From Antechinus flavipes (Eukaryota): a DNA stretch of 64,000 nucleotides. Under the pieces are notes generated by a model, which did no database searches, was not told the DNA's origin, and saw nothing but the letters and a program-made list of their open reading frames with translations. The stretch covers positions 621,860,001-621,924,000 of the forward strand of contig NC_067399.1 in NCBI RefSeq assembly GCF_016432865.1, in the 5' to 3' direction. The position numbers and the translations under genes were made by a program. This document shows positions 40,501 through 49,800 of the stretch, in pieces. Position 1 is the first letter of the stretch. The number at the start of each line of letters is the position of its first letter.

Positions 40501-40830
40501 TGGGGCGCTGACGGAGGGGAAGGGGCAAGTGTCCCCCGGCTCACCTGGTTGGTGGCGGGAGAGCCAGGGCCCGGGCCCGAAGATGATGCCGAGGTAGCGG
40601 ATAAAGGCTTGGTCGAGCACGGAGCAGCCCAACTGCACTGCCGAGGAGTCGGAGTACTGGAAGCGGAAGAGACTGGGGTTCAAGGCGAAAGTCACGTTGG
40701 GGGACACGGAGATCTTCTGCGGCCACGGCCAGACGTAGGCCTCCGACTGCGTGGCCAGCGTCCGGACAGCCAGCAGCGGAAGCAGCAGCAGCAGCGGCGG
40801 CAGGGCGCCCACTTGCCCCGGCCCGGCCAT
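21961..40830 (-). CDS. HEXA: Beta-hexosaminidase subunit alpha, whole gene; 14 coding exons, 1635 nt, 544 aa
   Basis: Exons joined by hand give one continuous frame with all introns GT-AG. Exon sizes 286,90,66,47,111,102,133,181,84,73,184,91,105,82 match the recalled human pattern (253,93,66,47,111,102,133,181,87,73,184,91,105). Motifs [28 protein letters not shown] (alpha-specific NR) and GGEACMWGE are present. Confidence 0.98.
22962..23066 (-). CDS. HEXA: HEXA exon 13 ([34 protein letters not shown])
   Basis: atccag acceptor, gtagga donor; 105 nt. Confidence 0.97.
23971..24061 (-). CDS. HEXA: HEXA exon 12 ([30 protein letters not shown])
   Basis: ccgcag acceptor, gtaagc donor; 91 nt. Confidence 0.97.
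24323..24506 (-). CDS. HEXA: HEXA exon 11 ([11 protein letters not shown]...[24 protein letters not shown])
   Basis: caccag acceptor, weak gttcga donor; 184 nt. Confidence 0.95.
25916..25988 (-). CDS. HEXA: HEXA exon 10 ([24 protein letters not shown])
   Basis: cctcag acceptor, gtaaga donor; 73 nt. Confidence 0.97.
26443..26526 (-). CDS. HEXA: HEXA exon 9 ([27 protein letters not shown])
   Basis: ttgcag acceptor, gtaagg donor; 84 nt, one codon shorter than recalled human. Confidence 0.95.
27570..27636. repeat. (CA)n microsatellite, HEXA intron 8
   Basis: Direct read. Confidence 0.95.
27726..27906 (-). CDS. HEXA: HEXA exon 8 ([17 protein letters not shown]...[12 protein letters not shown]); catalytic DE pair
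   Basis: gattag acceptor, gtatga donor; 181 nt. Confidence 0.97.
28586..28718 (-). CDS. HEXA: HEXA exon 7 ([11 protein letters not shown]...[13 protein letters not shown])
   Basis: tttcag acceptor, gtaaga donor; 133 nt. Confidence 0.97.
29239..29340 (-). CDS. HEXA: HEXA exon 6 ([34 protein letters not shown])
   Basis: ctccag acceptor, gtatgt donor; 102 nt. Confidence 0.97.
29928..30038 (-). CDS. HEXA: HEXA exon 5 ([37 protein letters not shown])
   Basis: gctcag acceptor, gtatga donor; 111 nt; not in the ORF track, read directly. Confidence 0.97.
31013..31059 (-). CDS. HEXA: HEXA exon 4 ([16 protein letters not shown])
   Basis: ccacag acceptor, gtgagt donor; 47 nt. Confidence 0.96.
31705..31752. 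repeat. Inverted repeat, perfect 18-bp arms around a (TA)n centre
   Basis: agactttagagtttatat...atataaactctaaagtct. Confidence 0.95.
32658..32723 (-). CDS. HEXA: HEXA exon 3 ([22 protein letters not shown])
   Basis: tttcag acceptor, gtaatg donor; 66 nt. Confidence 0.96.
33634..33723 (-). CDS. HEXA: HEXA exon 2 ([29 protein letters not shown])
   Basis: cttgcag acceptor, gtaagc donor; 90 nt; similar to human VVTPGCNQLPTLESVENY. Confidence 0.93.
34538..34570. repeat. (CTAT)n microsatellite, HEXA intron 1
   Basis: Direct read. Confidence 0.9.
35283..35456 (+). mobile_element. Short young L1 3' end with poly(A)
   Basis: Near-identical to the reverse complement of the 12.95-kb L1 end; TSD gaaaag(c/a)tacataca at 35268-35282 and 35457-35471. 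Confidence 0.85.
36856..37018 (-). mobile_element. WSINE1-like SINE with perfect 15-bp TSD
   Basis: TSD ttacaatgtctttct at 36841-36855 and 37019-37033; poly-T; gctgaggcaattgggttaagtgac. Confidence 0.85.
39449..40307 (+). mobile_element. Solo-LTR-like element in HEXA intron 1, antisense to HEXA
   Basis: TG start, TATAAAAA at 40146, degenerate AATAAG at 40228, LTR-like U5 end ...ccctcaCA; TSD not recognisable. Confidence 0.6.
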
Positions 40831-41040
40831 CGCGGAGCAGGAGCCCTCTGGGAGAGACAGAGTACGGGAGACGCCGCAGCCGCTCTGCCTTTCAGTCACC
40901 CGCCAGGAGCTGGGAGAGTCACATGAGTTCCGAGGTCAGATGACTCCCTGGCAAGCTTCGCCACGGGATTGGATGCGCCTGGATGACTGCGCCTGCGCAC
41001 CGCTTGAGACCCCGCCCCTCACTCAGTCTCCAATTGGAGG
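40311..41040 (-). promoter_or_regulatory. HEXA CpG island and promoter: CLEAR/M-box-like GTCACATGAG (40918-40927) and GTCAGATGAC (40935-40944), CCAAT box (40967-40972), NRF1-like TGCGCCTGCGCA (40988-40999), GC box (41010-41018)
   Basis: Dense CpG and motifs read directly, 90-190 nt upstream of the ATG. MiT/TFE control of lysosomal genes is established knowledge. Confidence 0.75.
40545..40830 (-). CDS. HEXA: HEXA exon 1 (signal peptide, [20 protein letters not shown]...VWPWPQ...RHQP)
   Basis: ATG at 40830-40828; donor G|GTGAG after 40545; lies in a CpG island. Confidence 0.96.
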
Positions 41041-43586
41041 AGGGGAAGTCTCCTCACTTGCTTATCTTGTACTTTTCATGGGAAATAAATAAGTTTAGTT
41101 CCTCCTCACAGCAGTCCGACCTTTGCATTGAAGGTAATACCGAGGACAGTCAGTGTATGGCATCTGGCCAGGAACTTAACCTTGCTATCATGGTAAAGGG
41201 ACCCCAAGTGGGGCGAAGAAGAGTCGAGCATGATTTAACAACAATAACAAAATGTACCCAATAAATCAACATTTCATTTGTTTCTCTCTCTCTCTCCCAT
41301 GTATCGGGCGCCGTGCTGGGAACTAGGGACACAAAACCAAACGTGCGCCACTCCTCGCGCTTACAATCTGCGACCAGAAATTTCACGGCCGTAAGATGAA
41401 TTCTCTTTTGGCTACAACGGCTCGAGGAGTAGAGGATTAAAGACGGCATCAACCGAGAGAGTGACGCGGATCCTCCGAAGTACTGCGATCATCGCAGCCC
41501 ACACACGGTCTCGCGCCTGGGGGCAAAGACATAAACCTTGGCTTGGAGCAATTTCTAATCTGAAGCAGCCCTGTCACACAAACTTCTTCCCCGTGTCTCG
41601 TGAAGGAAGTGGATTAAAAAGGGGGTTTTAGTGCTAAAAGTCATTCCCCTGTGAGGGGAATCTTTGCTGTTGTTGTTCAGTCATTTTTCATTGGTGTCCA
41701 GTCTTCGTGACTCCGTTTGGGGTTTTCTTGGCAGAGATACCGGAGAGGTTTGGAGGGAATACCCCATGAAATCATGATCCTGACCACTGATTTAGCAATG
41801 AGAGGAAAGCGTTTTGGGGTAAGGGCATCCCCAGGACACAAAGACTGCCAGCCAGAGAAGAAAATTCTGGAGAGTAGGAATGGAGAAAGAAAGGAATGGC
41901 CCCTAATTGCTGCTTATTGATTAATTGGTAACGCTGAATCTCCCTAAACCAATAGAACGACTCTCAGATTGTGGGCACACGATCCATCATTGGACTTAGA
42001 GTTATAGCCTTTTCTACTTGGTTGTATCTCCCAGGAGGCATAGCCTTCAAAAGACCAGGAGCATTCTTATGCCTTAATGGTGTTAAGGGGTCCCCTGAAT
42101 GTGTCTTTTTGAATTTCCATATTTTCCAGAAATACTGGATCCAGAGTATCCAAGAGGCCCTGATGTGTTAAGATTGTAGTCTCCTTTGGGCTGACATAAT
42201 TTGTTATTTGCACCCCAAGCTGGACTCCCTATGTGTCTTTGGGAGTCAAAACAGATGTCAATCAGTCCATACCAGACTGAAAACTATTGGTGCAGCTGGA
42301 ACCTGGGTAAATAAGCAGTTGCCATAGTCCAGCAGTTCCCACGGGAAAAGAATGCAGCTTTTGCCATCTTCCTTATTCATGATTTCTCCTCACTTTTGGC
42401 AGAGAGTTCTTTCTCCACCCCTACTGCCCTTTTGCTCCTGCCATATTACCCCCAATTAGGAGAGGACTGCCATTTCTCCTCTCTTCTTTGTCATACTCTC
42501 TTAAACATGAAAGCTTCTGTTTGGATTGTGAACTCTCTGCACTTGCATAGGATTCCATATACATGTTTATTTCTCTAAAAAAAAAAAAACCCAGTTTTTC
42601 ACATTTGTTTCATAGAATTGTGATTTCCTGTTAATAATGGGACATTAGGGTAAGACAGTAGTAGAATATTGCTATTATTATTTTATACTTTATAACTTAT
42701 CAAATGATTTCACATTTATTTTCTTACTTGATCCTCAATCTTGTGAGGAAGTCTGGGCCATCATTTTTCTCATTTTACAGATGATGAAACAGACTGAGTC
42801 AGATGCTTTTTCCAAGGTAACAAAATTAATGAATTATCAAAGTGACACTTAACACAGTTCTTAATGATAAAATCATTATAAACATAGAAAGTTACCCTGC
42901 TTCAGACAAACCTGGCATGTTGCTGAAAATCTTTGCCAATGGTCCATTTGCATCATTGTTTAAATCCAGTCTGATATTTTAGTCACTGCTAGCATTTCCA
43001 AATTTTCATTGCTTTTGAGGATGGCCAATAACAAAGCCAATAACAGTTGGTCTCATGTCTTAAGGGCTGTTCTTTAGGGCTCTGATCAGACTTCATGAGT
43101 TTAATTATCATCTCTCTGCAGATGATGTTAAAGTTTCTTGGAGCCTCAAATGAGAATTGGGTGAATTAGATGGACACTAAAGGTAGATGAGCAGCCCTGA
43201 AAGGGCTCGGCAAGTCCTCACACCAGAGATGTTCCTGAATAGTCCATACACTCCAGTGTCCTAACGGAGCAACCAAAACAAATTCATTAAGGACAAATAT
43301 TATCTGTCACTCTTCTAAGCACTAATCTCCAGTAACTCCCTATTGCCTCTAGGATAAAATAAAAATTCTATTTTTGGGGCTTCTAAAGCTCTGTATTGCT
43401 TTGTGCCAATCTATCTTTCCAGCCTCATTTTATATTACCCTCCTTCCGATATTTTTGATCAGATAGGTGTTTTCTATTCCTCCATGTCCCATCTTCATGC
43501 TTTTGTGCTAACAGTTGCCCATGCAAATGTACTCCTTCCTAATTTCTGCTTCATAGAATCATTTTTCTTCAAGATATAACCCAAAC

Positions 43587-43775
43587 GAGGCAGCTAGGTG
43601 GCACAGTGGATAAAGCACCAGCCCTGATATCAGGAAGATTCAAGTTCAAATATGACCTCAGACACTTAACACTTCCTGGCTATATGACCCTGGGCAAGTC
43701 ACTTAACCCCAATTGCCTCAGCAAAAAAACCAAAACAAAACAAAATAAAAAAACCAACCAAATATATATATATAA
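43587..43775 (+). mobile_element. WSINE1-like SINE
   Basis: gaggcagctaggtggcacagtggataaagcacc...ccccaattgcctcagc, A-rich tail, aacccaa flanking repeat. Confidence 0.8.
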
Positions 43776-43887
43776 AACCCAAGTGCCATCTCCTTTCCTA
43801 ATGTCTCCAAATGCTACTGATCTCCTCCCCAATTACTTCTATTTATTCTCTCCCTCTCTTTCTCCATATATATACATATATGTAATA

Positions 43888-43888
43888 A

Positions 43889-43928
<40 letters not shown>
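43888..43928. repeat. (CA)n microsatellite
   Basis: Direct read. Confidence 0.9.
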
Positions 43929-43930
<2 letters not shown>

Positions 43931-44686
43931 AATACACTAGGAGCAACTGAGAACACCAACCAGAGAATTAGAGGATAGGGATAGATTCTAATCATTGGGG
44001 TCCAGAAGTAGCATTGGCTGCCTTGAGGTAGTAAGTGCCCACTCATTGTGGGGGTCTGCATGGGGAGGTATATTGTAGGAGAAGTTCTTGTTAAGCTATA
44101 AGTTGGACTCCATGACCTCTGAAATCCCTTCCAATAGGAGAGACTGAGCTTATGTGATTCTGGTGAACTGAAAGAATAAGTTTCAGAGGAGTCACTAGAA
44201 GAGGTCAAAGTTAGCATGAGGCTGTCAGTTCTGCCAAGAAACTAAGGGGAAGGGGGAGGAAACAAGAGTTCTCTTTTTTAACTATGTACTATGTGCCAGA
44301 CATTGTACTAAGTGCTTTGCAAGCATTGTGTTATTTGGAAGGCAAAAGTAGGTAGATTCAGAACTTTTTATGAATTTTTAAAAATAATCTCTTTGTACTT
44401 AAAAAAAAAAAGTGAGGCAAGGAATGAGAAGTATTTCTGGAATTAAGGAAGTGCCTTATAAAATGGGTTGGGAGATCAGGAGGATAAAGGTTTATAGACT
44501 ATTACTGGTAATAGATAGTAACCTTTGGATGGTAAATGTGCGAGCATGAATTAAGAATTGGATACTTGAGTTCTATTAGCTTAAGGTAATGTCCTTGTGT
44601 GCATGGTCCTGGAGAGAGAAGAGAGAACTTTCACCCATGCTCTCGGCTCTGCCCCCAGACAGGTTCCGTGTCAGTTAGAAGATGCA

Positions 44687-44791
44687 ATGGCAGGCCCTGA
44701 GCCAACCACAAAAGAGCTAATGGGACCCAAAGTCCTGACCTTCCACACTCCTCGGGTTCAGAAGGTTAAAGGAGATCACTCCTACCAGAAG
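44687..44791 (+). CDS. TMEM202: TMEM202 exon 1 coding (MAGPEPTTKELMGPKVLTFHTPRVQKVKGDHSYQK)
   Basis: gcaATGg context; donor AAG|gtagaa. Confidence 0.85.
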
Positions 44792-46811
44792 GTAGAAGGC
44801 CCTTTGGGGAAGGCGCTGACTTTGAGGAGAAGTTGAAATTGGGCAGAGGCTGATAGAGTTTGGGTCGCTCTGATGATTATTTTTTCCCTCATAAGAGACA
44901 AGTTTTACCTTTGTCATGGAATAAGGGGGTGGGTAAGGGTTTGTAAGAGACAAACACTCATGGGAGGCCTTGGGATCCTGGAATCCCATAGGTTTCTGAG
45001 AAGGGCCCTGTTCTGTAGGATGTAGGAGCTGTGTCTTGATGGGGGTATGTGAGGGGGTTGATTTTATTTGAGTTGAGGGATGAGTCATTCTCAATGATGT
45101 TCACTTCCACAGCCAGTTCTACCTGCCCAAAACCACTGGGTTGCCTTGTTGTCCCCATGGCAGCAGCAGCACTTCATGAAGCAGACCCATCTTTATATCC
45201 GCACATGCTGTACCGGGCTGTGTGCGTTCACTTTAGTCCTGCTCCTCTGCATCTCCCCAATGCCTTGGGTGACGTTCCTCCTGGCCAAGAATGGCCTTGA
45301 GCTCCACGCGGGACTCTGGACCCTCTGTGAACACCACCTCTGCTGGAGCCACGTGCCCAGCCCACCCTGTGAGTTTTCCCCAGAGTTTTCTCTGGTCCCT
45401 AACCCAACACTCCGATCAATTCCCAATAACACCAGAGCCCTTTTTTCCTTACCCTCCTCATTGCCCTTTCTAACATTTTCCAGTTCCTTCTCCTCAATGT
45501 CCAGCATTTTTCTTCTTCAGATTGTGAAAATGGCCAAATTTATCTCAGAAGGCAGCATGGTGCAGTGAGTAGTGATTGATGTTGTGTAAGGAAGACCTGG
45601 ATTCAAATGGCTAGTGACATACTGATGTCCTTAGGCTTTCTGGGTCTCAATTTCCTGAGGAGGAGGATGGAATTGATGATTTCTGAAGATCCTTCCAAGC
45701 TGTAAATCTATGATCTCTTTTCCTGTATGTCCCTTCTGCCCCTCTAGAATAGTCCTTGCTGACTTTCAGGTAATTAGGGAAAATTTTTTTTCCTGTTTTG
45801 ATCTCTTCTCACCTGCTATTAGGAAAGGATCTGATATCAACTATTTATAAGTTGTAAAGTAATGAGACTACTTTGTTGAAGTTCATGCTTTTCAAGAATA
45901 AGCTTTTTTGATGCTTTTTATTTTTACAACAGAATCAATTTTGGATATACCTACCCCCTTAATAAGCTCTCCCTTATCGCAAAGAAAAACTGAGGGACAC
46001 AGTGAATTATATTTGACAATATATAGTTCCCCATCTCTTTGGAAAAAGGAGGGAGGTGGTTCCTCATTCTTTTTTTTGGGTCAAGATTGGTCCTTAGACT
46101 TACTTGGCTTTCAACTTTATATTAGTGTTATTATAAGCTACATTATTGTAGTGATTTGGTAGACTGTTCTTTAATTATATTTGCTTCATTTTGCATCCAT
46201 TCATATCAATTTTTCTATGTTTCTTTCAATTCCTCATATGTGTTATTTTTTATAAGACACTAATATTCCTTTATGTTCACAGATCACAGTTTATTCATCT
46301 ATTGTCTAACTGATGGACACTCCATTTGTTTTCAGTTTTTTACAGCAGGGATGTGTCACACTATATTCTTACTTGTGTAAGGAATACTTTCAAAGTTGAA
46401 AATCCTCTGATTATATTTGTCATTGGCATATGTGAAAATGAACTTCTCTTTTGATTAAACTTATTTTAACTTTAACTTTGTCTGAGACCAATGATTATTA
46501 CCCCCACTTTTTTCTGTAACAAATTCTACTAATCATTGTTGTTTTATATCTCTTATTTTCTATTTCTGATGACTTCTCTGCTTTACTCCTACTAGATATT
46601 TTGCCTAGCCATTACTTAGCCCCACCCCCAATTTTACCCCAAGAATCCCTCCCTCATCTTTCTCCTCTAATGCTTTCCCACCTCTTTATCTCATTCTCAT
46701 TAATCTACAATCCCTTCTGTACCCTTCTTATTTTATTTTCCCCTCTTATTTCTTAATAAATTTAGAAGACTTTTATACATACATACACACATACATACAT
46801 ACATATATATG

Positions 46812-46852
<41 letters not shown>

Positions 46853-49800
46853 ATTGTTCCTTCTTTAACATATTCCTGATGTGAATAGTATTCTAGAACT
46901 ACCATTCCCCTTCCCCCATCCAATTCTTCTGTGTCAGTTCTTGCTTTTATATCTCATTCATATAACCTAATTAATTATTCTTTTTACCTTTTCCTACATG
47001 GTTTTGCTTTTTAGAATTATATCATATTCAGTTCTGTCCCAATCTTTCTTTTGAACTACTCACTTGCTAATGGCAATCTTATATTGGCTTATATTTTCAT
47101 GTATAAAACAGTTTGTCCTTATTGAGTCCTTTGAAATTAATCTTTGATGTATGCCTTATATTTCTCTTGGATTTTATATTTCAAATATTCTATTAAGTTC
47201 AAGTCTTTTTGCCATGTAATCCTGAAAATCTGGCAGTTCATTGAATTTCCTTAAAAATTTTTTTTTCTTAGGTTCATGCTTAACTTTACTGGGTTTGAAA
47301 TCTTAATTCTTTTGCTCTTCAATATATAATGTTCCAAGACCTAGTCTTTTAATGTAGCCACTGCTAGGTCGTGTATGATTCTGTCATATTAGAATTTTTT
47401 TCCTTTCTTTCTTGATCTAAGGATTGAAGTTTAACTATGATATTCCTTTAAGTTTTTCTCACAGTGCCTGGTGGATTTTTTCTGTTTCCACTTTCCCACT
47501 CTTGTTCTAACACTTTAGGACTTTTTTTTGGGGGGGGGCAGTGAGGTAAATGGGGTTAAGTAACTTGCCTGAGGTCACATAGCTCATAAGTGTTAACTGT
47601 CTGAAGCTGGATTTGAACTCAGATCCTCCTGACTTCTGGGTTGGTGCTCTATCTATTGCATCTAGCTGTCCCCAACAATTTTCTTTAATTATTTCTTATA
47701 CTATTATTTCAAGATTCTTTTTTTTAAGTAGTAGCTTTCAGGCAGTCAAATTATTCTTTTTTTTTTCTCTTCTTGATATGTCTACAAATCTGTTTTTCTT
47801 ATGAAATGTTTCACATTTTCTTCTATTAAACATTTTTTTTTGTACTTTTACATTTTGTTTTTATTCTTTCTTAGTCTCACAACTTCACATGTTCTTCTTG
47901 TCCAATTCTAATTTTTTTACTTAAGATTCTGGATCTCCTTTTTTAGTTGGTTGACTTTTTTTTTTTTTTTACATAAATCTTGCTTTTCTTGGATTGTTTA
48001 CCTATATATTATTTGTATATAATGTATCTGTATATATATGTGTATATATAGTGGGGAGGTGAAAGTTCTTGAGGCTGGGATGGAGGCTATTGTTCATCCT
48101 ATCTAAGCCCAGGGCTTACAGCTTGCTGGTTCAGAGGAATTCACCTGGAGGTGTTTATAGTTCACATGAGTCAACCTCTGGTCCTGATACCTTTCTTCTA
48201 AGAGATGCTATCTGATTGTCCCAGAAGGACTTCTGTTTTTATCCAATTCTAACTTGTTTTTGCCACTCTATTTGCCCTGAGGTGCAATTTTGTCTTGTTT
48301 GTGAGGGAAATCTGGAGAGTTTAGAATGTTATGACCTATTTCACCACCATCTAAGAGTAGCCTTGAGCTTCATCCCTTGTGCTTCATCTTCACATAGGCA
48401 TACCACTGAATTTTCAGACAACAAGATGATCCAATGGTTTAGATTTCTGGGTGTGGAGTCAGGATGACCTGTTTAAATCCTGCCTCAGAGCCTCATGAGC
48501 TATTTGATCCTGGCAAGGCACTTACCCTTCATGTACTTATATATAAAAGAGGGAATTGGTCTTAATGGTCTCTAAAATTTTTTTCAGCTCTAACCCCATG
48601 ATCTTAAACTCATTATATCCCAAACTAAGCTAATTTCTCTTTTAAAATCCATTCTTTCTTTCCCCTACTCTAGTTCTATTGATGGGATCCCCATTGTTTC
48701 CAGGGATCAGGTTCAAAGTGATAGATACTCCCCACTCCTCACCCCCATTTCTCTATTTTTATTGCTAAAAGGAATCAATTCTACTTTCATAATTCTTCTT
48801 ACATTTCTCTTTCCTCTCCCACTTTCACTCCCTCCCTCCTTTTTTAGATCCTTATCACATTGTAATAATCTCCAGAGTGGTTCTCCTGCTTCCTCTCTTT
48901 TGTTTCTAATCTAGCCTTCATAGTCTTGCCAAAATTACCTCTTTAATGTTTTGATTACCCAACTACCTTTCAAGTCTAACATTCAGTGTCCTTTGCAAGT
49001 TGTTTTCTTTCCAAGGGCTCATCCTAATTACATTCTTCTATTTCATCTACTCTCTTATAGATGAACTGGCTCCTCACCATTCCCTAGCTTCTTCCACCTT
49101 CATGTATCTCTGCATACATCCTTAGATCTTCCTTCTGTTAAGGCCTAATTCAGATGTCACTTTTCAAAATTAAATTTTAGTTTTTCAATGCTCAAACACC
49201 TATTTTTTTCCTCCCTTCTATCCTTTCCTCTTCGGGGTTTATATCTTGGGAATTCCTTGGAATCACAGCAACTCTTTTTCTTTTCTTGTATACTGATTAT
49301 TTCAGCAATGTGCTCCAGACAACTCTGTTGGGATTGTTGGGAGCTTTGTAGGCTGAGCCTGAAATCCTAGGCCCTCTAGGTGATTTCTCCTCTGCATTCC
49401 TTGTTAAGGGACCAGATGCAAAACCTGCTTTTTTCTGCTCCCTGCTCCCATGTTAGGGAATTGCTGAGTCTTTTCTAGAAGCCCCTTTGGGAGATCTCCA
49501 TTCCCCCTTCCCTCCTCTCCCTCCCAATTTCCTAACCTTGCTGTTGGCCTGGGCCCTTGATTGAGACTCTGCTGACCTAACTTAGGGCTCTGGAAACTGA
49601 GTCTTAACCTGCCTCTGTCCCTCAAATTCTGTTACAGGACAGTTTCTGTCCTGGCCACTTATCTGTAGATGGAATTTATGAACTGAGACTATTTCCGGGG
49701 TCCTCAAACTTTTAAAATAGGGGGCCAGTTCACTGTCCCTCACACTGTTGGAGGGCCAGACTATAGTAAAAACAAAAACTTTGTTTTGTGGGCCTTTAAA

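Noticed and set aside
40831-40899. In-frame GTG-initiated N-terminal extension of HEXA from the ORF track
   Set aside because: It extends towards the promoter motifs; the ATG at 40830 gives a normal signal peptide; no support for non-AUG initiation.
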